From Bacteroidales bacterium (GTDB lineage Bacteria; Bacteroidota; Bacteroidia; Bacteroidales; UBA932): a stretch of 64,000 bases of DNA. The stretch is from the NCBI GenBank assembly GCA_024398155.1, contig JAKSJS010000001.1:3233-67232 (forward strand), written 5' to 3'. The position numbers were made by a program, and so were the translations under genes. Shown here in pieces: positions 10,751 through 19,750 of this stretch (positions within the stretch are counted from its first letter, which is position 1; every line of letters starts with the position of its first letter). The notes under the pieces were generated by a model. The model saw nothing but the letters and a program-made list of their open reading frames with translations. It ran no database searches and was not told the origin of the DNA.

Positions 10751-12307
10751 ATGCTGATCAATGTATTCAGTGCGAAGTGTGAGGGGATAGAGGCGGCGAA
10801 GGTGACCGTCGAGGTGGATATAGCGCCCGGAATCGGAATCCATCTCGTCGGGCTCGCCGACGCCGCCGTAAAGGAAAGCCTTCTTCGCACTACGACCGCC
10901 CTCGTTTCGCTGGGCTTCCATATTCCCGGAAAGAAAATAGTAATCAATCTCGCTCCCGCCGATGTCCATAAGAAAGGAAGCGGGTATGATGTCCCCATCG
11001 CTATCGGCATAATAGCGGCATCCGGCCAGCGCGAGCTGGTCGATGCGGACAAATACATCATCATGGGCGAACTGAGCCTTGACGGCAGCATACGGCCGGT
11101 GCCAGGGGCGCTGCCGATAGTTGAAATGGCGGAAGAGAATGGGTTCAAAGGCTGCATCCTCCCCGTCGAGTCCGCGGCCGAGACGATTGACTTCGCCACT
11201 TGCGACGTGTATGGCGTCAACAATCTCAATGACGTGCTCGCCATACTCGAAGGCAGCATAGAGAGTGAGGCACTGCTCATCAAGAACAATCCCGAAATAC
11301 AGTTCCTTCAGGAGGAACGGACCTCATCGTACGATTTCGGCACTTCCGTCATGGACTTCAGTGAAATTGTGGGCCAGGAGGGCGCGAAACGCGGGCTGGA
11401 GATTGCCGCCGCCGGCGGACATAACGTAATAATGGTCGGTCCGCCGGGCTCGGGCAAGAGCTCCCTTGCCAAGGCCCTTGGCGGCATCCTCCCGAAAATG
11501 ACAACCCAGGAAGCCGTCCAGACGAGCAAAATATACTCTGTTGCCGGAAGGGGCAGCGGGCTCGGGCTGATGCGGGAGCGCCCTTTCCGGGCGCCCCACT
11601 ACAGCGCCTCCCTCGCCGCCCTTCTTGGAGGAGGCTCCGACAACATCATGCCCGGCGAGGTGTCACTCGCTCATAATGGCGTGTTGTTCGCGGACGAATT
11701 CTGCGAAGCGCCCAAGCGCGCGATAGAGGCTTTGCGCGCTCCGATGGAGGACCGCAAGGTTGTCATATCGCGGTTGAAGAACAAGGTTGAATATCCGGCC
11801 TCGTTCATGCTTGTCGCAGCAACCAATCCATGTCCATGCGGATATTTCGGTGAAGGCGACCGCTGTACATGTCCGGTCGGGAAACGCCTCAGCTACCTTG
11901 CAAAGCTCAGCGGTCCGATCATGGACCGTATAGACATACAACTCTGGATGCACAGTGTCGATCCCAAGAAACTCGTTCGCGAAACACGTGCGGAAAATTC
12001 GGCAACCGTTGCCGAAAGAGTGATGAAGGCCAGGGAAATCCAGAAACGGCGCTTCGAAGGCGAGCCCTTCTCCACCAACGCGGAAATGAGCAACCGCCAC
12101 ATCAAGAAATGGTGCGTGCTTGATTCGGAATGCACGGATTTCCTTGAAAAGCTGATGAACAATCTCGGCTTGTCGGCCCGGGCATGCTCGCGCATCCTCA
12201 AGCTCGCCCGTACGATCGCTGACCTTGAAGCTTCCCCGTCAATCACCCTTGCCCATCTCTCGGAAGCGGCAAGCTACCGCTTCCTCGACAAAGTCAGCAG
12301 GATATGA
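10751..12307 (+). CDS. comM: ComM/YifB Mg-chelatase-like AAA+ ATPase (helicase)
   Basis: VGLADAAVKES, INLAPAD, GELSLDG, GPPGSGKS, RPFRAPH, PGEVSLAHNGVLF, NPCPCG, LSARA, ARTIADL. Confidence 0.96.
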   Translation: MLINVFSAKCEGIEAAKVTVEVDIAPGIGIHLVGLADAAVKESLLRTTTALVSLGFHIPGKKIVINLAPADVHKKGSGYDVPIAIGIIAASGQRELVDADKYIIMGELSLDGSIRPVPGALPIVEMAEENGFKGCILPVESAAETIDFATCDVYGVNNLNDVLAILEGSIESEALLIKNNPEIQFLQEERTSSYDFGTSVMDFSEIVGQEGAKRGLEIAAAGGHNVIMVGPPGSGKSSLAKALGGILPKMTTQEAVQTSKIYSVAGRGSGLGLMRERPFRAPHYSASLAALLGGGSDNIMPGEVSLAHNGVLFADEFCEAPKRAIEALRAPMEDRKVVISRLKNKVEYPASFMLVAATNPCPCGYFGEGDRCTCPVGKRLSYLAKLSGPIMDRIDIQLWMHSVDPKKLVRETRAENSATVAERVMKAREIQKRRFEGEPFSTNAEMSNRHIKKWCVLDSECTDFLEKLMNNLGLSARACSRILKLARTIADLEASPSITLAHLSEAASYRFLDKVSRI

Positions 12308-13227
12308 TAAAGTACCGCATTTTATCTAGAAACCTTTCTGATGGCGCAATGTGCCACATATGCTCCAAGGGAATACAGGGCAATATCATATTTTATGCTC
12401 TAGAGGATTACATCGTTTTCTTTACAATGTTTTCTTGCCTTTTGGAGAAATTCGGCATTTCATGCGTTGCTTTCGTGATAATGTTCAATCATTATCATTC
12501 CGCGGTATTCAGCCGGGATGCAAAGTCGTTATCCTCGATGATACAAGTTCTTGAGAGCACATTCGCCTTTGAATATAACCGTTGGCGAGGGACTTCAGGC
12601 AGTCTTTTCAAGAAAGAGTTTAACAGGTCAGTAAAAACGATACTAAAAAAGATGAGGGAGACAATAACTTATATAAACAACAATCCTGTGGTTGGAAAGA
12701 TGTTTGACTCACCTATTGAGTATAAGTGGAACCTTTTGGCCTATAGGGACAGTTCTCACCAGTTCAGTGAGCCTCTTCCAAAACGGAGTGAGATGAGCAG
12801 GGAGTTGAAGTCTGCCATAGATCAAGTAGATACTTTGAAGAAGGGTAATCTCTATATCAGCTATTTTGCCGCGGCCCGCATCTTTCGAAGACTTTCTTCT
12901 AAAGAAAAGTCACAAGTTGTCGATTATATCATTTCCAGATATAATTTTTTAGACTTTCCGAAAATGGAATCACTCTATGGCTCCTGGAAAGATGCGATGA
13001 CAGTCTTTGAGTCCAGCGCTGGTGGTGATCCGGATATTCCGGAAGACTGGGAAGATTATTCCAAATATCTTGAGATGATTAACATATGTCGGAAAGCTGG
13101 TTATGACATGAAAAAGTTTTGCCCTCATGAATTGGGAGAGGACTGCGTGGATGACCTCACCCGTTTGCTGGCTTCGTCTGTTAATGCTTCTTCCAAACAA
13201 ATAAAGAAGTTTCTTCATCTTAAATAA
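12304..13227 (+). mobile_element. HUH/Y1 tyrosine transposase, REP-associated (RAYT/TnpA-REP) type, with a C-terminal extension
   Basis: N-terminal HICSKG...IF...DY, HUH motif FVIMFNHYH, GSLFKKEF, catalytic Tyr in YINNNPV...YKW. Visibly AT-rich compared with its neighbours. ATGA overlap with the comM stop. Confidence 0.85.
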
Positions 13228-13231
13228 CGTT

Positions 13232-13412
13232 TAATTTCCTATTTATAAAGCACTTATATTCAACCCTCGCGGGAATTTCCAGCGACGGTTTGTGCAAATC
13301 CTCTGAAGGTCAGTAGCTTAGCTTAAACGATTGATTTGTAGTGCGTTAAATAAAACCGTCGCCGGAATTTGCGGAGACGGTTTTATTTAAAATACTGTTA
13401 GATAAATGGTTA
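13232..13412. repeat. Second doublet of 89-bp composite REP-like units (13232-13320, 13324-13412)
   Basis: Cores ACCCTCGCGGGAATTTCCAGCGACGGT (13263-13289) and ACCGTCGCCGGAATTTGCGGAGACGGT (13355-13381), with the same flanking boxes and spacing. Starts 4 bp after the RAYT stop. Confidence 0.85.
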
Positions 13413-13423
13413 ACCTTTTTATG

Positions 13424-14656
13424 CTAGAAATTCACGCGGAAGCCGAGGTCGATCTGGGCGAGGAAGGGCTGCTGGGTGCGGATGGAGCGGGGCTGGCCGG
13501 TGTTGAAGTAGTAGCGGATGCTGGGGTCGATGTAGATGCCGAAATGGCGGGCGACATTGAATTCGACGCCGAGGCCAAGGCCGGCGGAGTACTGGAGCCC
13601 GTCAATCTTCTCCTTGTGGATCTGGGTGCCGTTTTCGGGGGAGACCATGCGGTATTTGTTGGAAAGACCCTTCTCGATGGTTCCTCCGGCGAAGGTGTAG
13701 AAATTAACGATGTCGGAGTTGATGATGTTGCAGTAGACGTTGACGGGGATGCCGATATAATGCATCTCGTTACGGATGTTTGAGTAGTTTTCGCTGGTGC
13801 CGTCTTCCTTCATGAAGACTCCGTCGAAGCGGCTGCAGAGGAAACTGTAGTTCACTCCAAGGCCGAGCCCCCACCGTTCTGTAAAGCCGATCTTGAAGGC
13901 AAGTCCGGCCGAAACAGGAATTCCGTAGACGGGAGTTGAGGTCTCGTTTACGGAAGTCTGTGGAGCTGTTTGGGCGGAAAGGTTTGCGGGGCGCTTCATC
14001 ATTGCCGCGCCGGCTTTTGTGCTCGTGCCGTTGCTGGCGGCATTGGTATATGCGCCAAGGGATACGGTAGGACGGCGGGAGGACCTTGACTTGGCGGCTT
14101 CTTCGGGGAAGTCGTCGGCAAGGGGCTGAATAGTTTTGTTTTCGTAAGGTTTATCGTCAGAAACTTCCGGAGCGGAAGTCCCTTCATTTGTCGAAATGGT
14201 TGCCGGGGCTTCTTCGAAGCCGGAGGGAATCTCCTCTACACTTACCTGGCCTTCTCCTTCGTCAGCGGCTTCGGCCGTCAAGGCGCAGGGAACGGTGTTT
14301 ATCGAGGAGGGCACCCTTTCAGCCATTGCCGGAAGGTTGCCGGCAAGGGCGATTCCGGTATCGGAGAGGGCGGGAACTTCGGTAAGGGCGGGGCCCACGT
14401 TCAGGATGTCGACAGAGCCGGCCCCGTTATGCTGGCGGGCGGTAAAGACAACGCCTACCGCGAGCGAAGCGGCCGCCAGGGTTGCGGCGGAAGCGCGGAG
14501 AACGCGCGAGAATACGGGGCGGCGGGAGGCCGTCGCGGCGGCGGGCAGGCGTCTTTCGACGCCGCTCCAAAGCCCGGCGGGGACTTCTTCCCGTCCGCTT
14601 TCAAGCGTCGACCTAACTATCCGGTCGAATTCTTTGTTTCCGTCGTATCCTGTCAT
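13424..14656 (-). CDS. Outer-membrane beta-barrel (porin-like) protein cotranscribed with the ECF sigma; putative anti-sigma/sensor
   Basis: N-terminal VPAGLWSGVE segment plus one TM helix, a low-complexity linker, then barrel strands (HYIGIPVN, GLGVEF, IDPSIRYYF) ending in terminal F. Confidence 0.8.
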   Translation of the reverse strand: MTGYDGNKEFDRIVRSTLESGREEVPAGLWSGVERRLPAAATASRRPVFSRVLRASAATLAAASLAVGVVFTARQHNGAGSVDILNVGPALTEVPALSDTGIALAGNLPAMAERVPSSINTVPCALTAEAADEGEGQVSVEEIPSGFEEAPATISTNEGTSAPEVSDDKPYENKTIQPLADDFPEEAAKSRSSRRPTVSLGAYTNAASNGTSTKAGAAMMKRPANLSAQTAPQTSVNETSTPVYGIPVSAGLAFKIGFTERWGLGLGVNYSFLCSRFDGVFMKEDGTSENYSNIRNEMHYIGIPVNVYCNIINSDIVNFYTFAGGTIEKGLSNKYRMVSPENGTQIHKEKIDGLQYSAGLGLGVEFNVARHFGIYIDPSIRYYFNTGQPRSIRTQQPFLAQIDLGFRVNF

Positions 14657-14661
14657 AATAC

Positions 14662-15198
14662 CTATCTTTTTTCAGCGATCCTTGCCTGGAGCCAAGCCCT
14701 TGCCCTGTTGAGCTGGGAACGTGAGGTCACTTCGGTAATCCCGAGAGTTTCAGCTATCTCTTTGTGGGAATACCCTTCAATCACATACATATTGAAGACC
14801 GTACGGAATCCTGCCGGAAGCCCGGCGATCAGCTCCATGAGTTCCTTGTAGCCTATATCCTCTATCTGGGAGGATGTCGGAGCCGACAGGCTCCTTGCGG
14901 AATCCAGCTCCTCGCTCATCTTTAGAGCGTCCTTCTTCCTCAGTTCCATCAGGGCAGTGTTGACAAAGATCTTTCTCGCCCACCCTTCGAAGGACCCGTC
15001 TCCCTTGTAGCTGTCGATCTTCGAGAAAAGAGTGACGAAGCCGTCCTGGAGAATGTCCTCCGCCGTTTCACGGTTGCCCGAATACCTGAGGCATACGGAG
15101 AACATAATGGGCGCAAGGAGGTCGAAAACCTCTTTTTGTGCCTTTCTGTTCCCCTTTTTCAGGGATTCGATAAGCTTGCGGTCGATGTTCTTAGCCAC
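14662..15198 (-). CDS. ECF RNA polymerase sigma-70 factor
   Basis: AEDILQDGF, SFEGWARKIFVN, LPAGFRTVFNMYVIEGYSHKEIAETLGI, SRSQLNRAR. Probable start is GTG 15198. Confidence 0.95.
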   Translation of the reverse strand: MAKNIDRKLIESLKKGNRKAQKEVFDLLAPIMFSVCLRYSGNRETAEDILQDGFVTLFSKIDSYKGDGSFEGWARKIFVNTALMELRKKDALKMSEELDSARSLSAPTSSQIEDIGYKELMELIAGLPAGFRTVFNMYVIEGYSHKEIAETLGITEVTSRSQLNRARAWLQARIAEKR

Positions 15199-15301
15199 TC
15201 TCAAACGTTTTAATCCGTTCGAAAGGGCCGGAATTAAGATGCTCCGACTGGTCCGAACGTTGCACAAAGGACAAATTTAATGAAATTACACTTAAAAGTA
15301 C

Positions 15302-15309
15302 TACATTTG
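15302..15309 (+). promoter_or_regulatory. -7 promoter element for the TPR-envC-epimerase operon
   Basis: TACATTTG matches TAnnTTTG, just before ATG 15317. Confidence 0.55.
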
Positions 15310-15316
15310 TATTTGT

Positions 15317-17032
15317 ATGTCGAAACGCCTGCAACATATCATCGTCGTCGCCTTGGGGCTGCTTCTGCTGCTCCCGCCGGCGGTGCGTGCCCAGGACAAT
15401 CCCCGGGCCGAAAGCTATATGGTGTCCATACTCGAGCAGTACAATGCCCAGAAGTATGACGCCGTCATAAAGATGTGCCGCTCCCTTATCGGCTCCTGCC
15501 CCGACAATGATGCCGCGTATTTCTATATGGGCATGTCCCAGATAGCGACTGGTGACAAGGACGGCGCAGAGGAGAACCTCTCCCGCGCCGTGGAGCTCGA
15601 CCCCTCCAATTTCTGGTACCGCTACCGTCTTGCACAATACTATGCCTATACCTCCCGCCCCGAACTGACAACGGCGATGTACGAGGATCTGATAAAGGAT
15701 TTCCCAAAAAAGACTGATCTCTACTATGAGCTCATAGACCTCTACATGAGGGGAAAGAGGACTGAAGAAGCTCTCGAAGTCCTCGACAAGATAGAGACGC
15801 TCTACGGCAAGTCCGAGATGTCAGTCCGTTCCCGTTACGCGCTGCTTCTTGACGGGGGCAAGCAGGACGAAGGCCTCGCACTCCTCCGCGATTTCGCGGA
15901 TGAGGAGAGCTCGGCCTGGGCCTTCTCTGTCCTCGGCGATGCCGCCGCGATGGACTATGACGACTCGACGGCTCTCGCCTGCTACGGCAAGGCCATGGCG
16001 GTCGAGCCCGAATATGCCCCGGCCCTCATAGGCCGCGCCGAAATCTACCGCACTACCCGCCAGTACACCCTTTTCTTCGAGGATCTCGATTCCTTTGCAA
16101 AGGTCGAGGAGGTGAACATAAAGGCCAAGACCGACTACTTCCAGAATCTTGTCAAGGCCCTGGACGCAAGGACAGTGAAGAACTACAAGCCCCAGATAGA
16201 CCTCATATACGACGACCTCGTGGCGACCCACCCGCAGGACAGCCTCTGTCTGATTACTGCCGGACTCTACTACTACAAGATTGGAGAGAACGAAAGGTCC
16301 AAAGCCCTCCTGAAGGAGAATGCAGACCTTTACCCTGACGAAGTGAAGAATGTCGGCCCCTATCTCGAAGTCCTCTACTATACCGAGGACTGGGAGACCC
16401 TGGGCAAGGAAGCCCTCGCCCGTTATGAAGCCCACCCCTCGGAGCCCTCATACCTCTCGCTCGCGATTCTGTCTGCGTATGGGAAGAAGGACTATGAAGG
16501 CCTTCTTGAACTCCATAAACGCCAGCTCAAGGACTTCCCTGGCGACAGGAAAATGAGTCTCGAAGCCCTTTCCGGCATGGGCGATGCCTACCATCTCCTC
16601 GGCAACCAGTCCTCCGCCTACAAGTGCTACAAACAGGCCCTGAAGAAGGACCCGGGCTATGCCCCGGTCCTGAACAACTATGCCTACTACCTCTCCGAGG
16701 AAGGCAAAAAGCTCAGGAAAGCCTGCACGATGAGCCGGAAAACCGTCGAGGCCGAGCCTGACAATGCAACCTATCTCGACACTTACGGATGGCTCCTCCA
16801 TCTGCTCGGCCGGGACGAGGAGGCAAAGCCGCAGTTCAAGCATGCAATGCTCTATGGCGGCAATGAAAGCGCCGTCATACTGGACCATTATGCCGAAGTG
16901 CTCTATTCCCTCGGTGAATACGAGAGGGCCTTCGTCTATTGGGGTCAAGCCATCGCAAGGAATACGGAGGGCGAAATACCCATGCTCGAAGAAAAGATCG
17001 AAGCCAGAAAAGCCGCAGTGAAGAAGAAATGA
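15317..17032 (+). CDS. Secreted tetratricopeptide-repeat protein
   Basis: Signal peptide, multiple TPRs, C-terminal LNNYAYYL...NATYLDTYGW. Confidence 0.9.
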   Translation: MSKRLQHIIVVALGLLLLLPPAVRAQDNPRAESYMVSILEQYNAQKYDAVIKMCRSLIGSCPDNDAAYFYMGMSQIATGDKDGAEENLSRAVELDPSNFWYRYRLAQYYAYTSRPELTTAMYEDLIKDFPKKTDLYYELIDLYMRGKRTEEALEVLDKIETLYGKSEMSVRSRYALLLDGGKQDEGLALLRDFADEESSAWAFSVLGDAAAMDYDDSTALACYGKAMAVEPEYAPALIGRAEIYRTTRQYTLFFEDLDSFAKVEEVNIKAKTDYFQNLVKALDARTVKNYKPQIDLIYDDLVATHPQDSLCLITAGLYYYKIGENERSKALLKENADLYPDEVKNVGPYLEVLYYTEDWETLGKEALARYEAHPSEPSYLSLAILSAYGKKDYEGLLELHKRQLKDFPGDRKMSLEALSGMGDAYHLLGNQSSAYKCYKQALKKDPGYAPVLNNYAYYLSEEGKKLRKACTMSRKTVEAEPDNATYLDTYGWLLHLLGRDEEAKPQFKHAMLYGGNESAVILDHYAEVLYSLGEYERAFVYWGQAIARNTEGEIPMLEEKIEARKAAVKKK

Positions 17033-18210
17033 GCCTCGTAAGGAAAATATCAGCAACAATAGCCGCCATATTCCTTATGGCCGCCCTCGCGGCAGCCCAG
17101 GATACCAGCGCCCAGCAGAAACGCCTCCGCCAGCTCCAGAAGGACATAGAGGTGCTTGACGCCCAGATCGCGACCGCCAGCAAGCAGGCCGGCGATGCCC
17201 TCACGAAGCTCTCCCTGATCCGCACCAAGGTCTCCGCACGCCGCGAGCTCGTCGCAGAAAGCGACAAGGAGATCGCCGAGTGCAACCGCACGATAAGCCG
17301 TCAGCAAAGCCAGATAGACAAGATCCAGGCCCGTGTCGATACCCTCTCGCTCTACTACTCGAGGCTCGTCCGCAGCGCCTACAAGAGCCGCGACACGAAG
17401 AACTGGTACATGTATATCCTCGCGAGCGACAATATCTCCCAGGCCTTCCGCCGTCTCAGCTACTTCCGCTCCCTGTCCAATGAGCTCAAAGACCAGGCCG
17501 TGAAGCTCAGTGAGGCCCGTGCCGAACTCGTGATCCAGCAGGACCGCATGAAGGAGCTCAAGGCCGGCGCCGTCACGCTCAAAAAGTCGCGGGAGAAGGA
17601 GTTGGCCTCCCTCCAGGCCGAGGAGGCCGAAGCCTCCAGGCTGGCCTCCCAGCTCAAGAAGAACAAGACTAAATACGTGAATGAGCTCAACGCCAAGCGC
17701 AAGGAGATGGAAAAGGTGAACAGGGAGATAGAACAGCTGATCTCCTCCAAGTCAAAGGGCACTTCGACGAAGAAGGCCGCTCCTATAGACTATACCCTCG
17801 ACTCCGAATTCTCCAGGAACAAGGGCAAGCTGCCATGGCCCGCCCTCGGACCCGTCGTGTCCGGCTTCGGCGTCAACTACCACCCCGATTTCGCCAACAT
17901 CAAGATGCCCCAGAACAACGGCATCGACATAGCCCTCCGCAAGGATGCGACCGTCTCGGCCGTCTTTGACGGCACGGTCTGCCATGTCGCCGTGCTCCCC
18001 ATCTATGGCCAATGTGTACTTGTCCAGCATGGCGGCTACTTCACTTTCTACTGCAAGCTCAAGAGCGTCGGCGTCAAGGTGGGGGACAAAGTAAGGACAG
18101 GCCAGACCCTTGCCCTTGTAGACACGATAAACGGAGCGACCCAGCTCCACTTCGAAGTATGGAAAGAAACAACGCCCCAGAACCCTTCGGGGTGGCTGAG
18201 GCCACAATAA
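17029..18210 (+). CDS. envC: EnvC-like murein hydrolase activator (coiled coil plus degenerate M23)
   Basis: Start at ATG 17029, long coiled coil, KGKLPWP, NNGIDI, LHFEVW; lacks the M23 zinc ligands. Confidence 0.85.
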   Translation: MSLVRKISATIAAIFLMAALAAAQDTSAQQKRLRQLQKDIEVLDAQIATASKQAGDALTKLSLIRTKVSARRELVAESDKEIAECNRTISRQQSQIDKIQARVDTLSLYYSRLVRSAYKSRDTKNWYMYILASDNISQAFRRLSYFRSLSNELKDQAVKLSEARAELVIQQDRMKELKAGAVTLKKSREKELASLQAEEAEASRLASQLKKNKTKYVNELNAKRKEMEKVNREIEQLISSKSKGTSTKKAAPIDYTLDSEFSRNKGKLPWPALGPVVSGFGVNYHPDFANIKMPQNNGIDIALRKDATVSAVFDGTVCHVAVLPIYGQCVLVQHGGYFTFYCKLKSVGVKVGDKVRTGQTLALVDTINGATQLHFEVWKETTPQNPSGWLRPQ

Positions 18211-18217
18211 TGCAATA

Positions 18218-19654
18218 ATGAAAAAGACAGTGTTTTTGACCGGAGCCACAGGAAACATGGGCTGGGCCGGTTTCAACGAACTCCTCAAGAAGAAAGACAG
18301 GTTTGACCTCCGCATCATTGCGCGTCCCAGCAAGAAGAACATCAAGAAGCTTGCTCCCTTTGCCGACGACCCTTCCGTCACTATCGTATGGGGTGACCTT
18401 TTGAACTACGATGACGTCCTCAAGGGTGTCGAGGGATCCGACTATGTCCTCCATGTCGGCGGAATGGTCTCCCCGGCGGCCGACTATTATCCGGAGAAAA
18501 CACTGAAGACCAATGTCGGAGCGGCGAAGAACATCGCCAAGGCCGTTCTCGCCCAGCCGAACAGGGACGAGATAAAAGTCGTCTACATCGGCTCAGTCGC
18601 CCAGTATGGCAACCGTATGGGCGAGCGCCTCTGGGGCCGTACGGGAGATCCCCAGCGCGCCAGCCTCTACGACATGTATTCCGTATCCAAGTGTGAGGCT
18701 GAGAAGGCTATCGTGGATTCCGGCATCAAGAACTGGGTTTCGCTCCGTCAGAGCGGTATCCTCTACGGCGGCATCCTCCGCGTAGTGAACCCCACAGCCT
18801 TCCATGTCCCCGTCCGCGGAGCCCTCGAGTGGGCTACGATCGAGGACTCGGGACGTCTACTTGCCAATGTCGTCGAGGACAGTGTCCCCGATGAGTTCTG
18901 GAACCGTTTCTACAACATTTCCTCTGGCGAGGAGTACAGGATGAGCAACTTCGAGTTCGAGGAGAGACTCCTCAACGGTCTTGGCCTCCCCGGTCCCGAG
19001 AAGGTCTTCGAGCCCCAGTGGTTCGCCACGAGGAACTTCCATGGCATGTGGTACACTGACGCAGACCTCCTCGACAGCTACCTCCACTTCAGGTCCTACA
19101 CTCCTGTAGACGAATATTTCCGCAATCTCAAGGCCGGTCTTCCCTGGTTCTACAAGCTCGCCTTCCTCGCTCCTGCCTGGGCTGTCAGGTTCTTCATGAA
19201 GCCTTATGCTTTCGAGAAAGGAATGGGCACGCAGGACTGGGTTAAGAACAACCCCGAAAGGCTCAATGCTTACTACGGCTCCCGTGAGGAATACGAGAAT
19301 ATCAGGACGTGGGCCCAGATGAGGCCCGGATACATGGAGAAGAACCAGTCCAAGGCCCTTGCCGACGGCGAGATAGAGATCCTCGACCACGGATATGACG
19401 AGTCGAAGTCGATCTATGAGCTCTCCGTCGAGGAAATCGGAAAGGCCGCGGCCTTCCGCGGCGGCCGTTTCCTTTCGACCGAGCTCGGCCCCAAGGGAAC
19501 TCTCTACAAATGGGAGTGCGAGGAGGGCCATGTCTTCGAGGCGTCCCTTGAGTATGTACTTCTCGGCGGCGGATGGTGTCCCGAGTGCGGCTATCTTGTT
19601 TCCGAGCCTTATATGGAAACTAAGAACGCCTTCCTTTCCCAGATTCTCCGCTAG
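18218..19654 (+). CDS. NAD-dependent epimerase/dehydratase (extended SDR) with a C-terminal zinc ribbon
   Basis: TGATGNMG, YSVSK (YxxxK), C-terminal WECEEGH...WCPEC. Confidence 0.85.
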   Translation: MKKTVFLTGATGNMGWAGFNELLKKKDRFDLRIIARPSKKNIKKLAPFADDPSVTIVWGDLLNYDDVLKGVEGSDYVLHVGGMVSPAADYYPEKTLKTNVGAAKNIAKAVLAQPNRDEIKVVYIGSVAQYGNRMGERLWGRTGDPQRASLYDMYSVSKCEAEKAIVDSGIKNWVSLRQSGILYGGILRVVNPTAFHVPVRGALEWATIEDSGRLLANVVEDSVPDEFWNRFYNISSGEEYRMSNFEFEERLLNGLGLPGPEKVFEPQWFATRNFHGMWYTDADLLDSYLHFRSYTPVDEYFRNLKAGLPWFYKLAFLAPAWAVRFFMKPYAFEKGMGTQDWVKNNPERLNAYYGSREEYENIRTWAQMRPGYMEKNQSKALADGEIEILDHGYDESKSIYELSVEEIGKAAAFRGGRFLSTELGPKGTLYKWECEEGHVFEASLEYVLLGGGWCPECGYLVSEPYMETKNAFLSQILR

Positions 19655-19656
19655 GC

Positions 19657-19745
19657 TAACTTATTGACACATAATCAAATAAACAAAACCGTCGCCGGAA
19701 ATTCCGGAGACGGTTTTATTTAATGGGCTGATAATCAGTGGATTG
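19657..19745. repeat. Single 89-bp composite REP-like unit between convergent genes
   Basis: Core ACCGTCGCCGGAAATTCCGGAGACGGT (19688-19714) with flanking boxes TAACTTATTGACACATAATCAAATA and TAATGGGCTGATAATCAGTGGATTG. A/T tracts beside the core could make it a bidirectional terminator. Confidence 0.85.
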
Positions 19746-19750
19746 GCCTA

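Noticed and set aside
12304-13227. IS200/IS605 element with TnpB
   Set aside because: No tnpB adjacent. The protein is twice the size of IS200 TnpA and has the RAYT-type YIxxNPV motif.
10430-13412. Repeat doublets as CRISPR arrays
   Set aside because: Only two repeats per locus, the 65-66 bp spacers are homologous to each other and built from the boxes, and there are no cas genes in the window.
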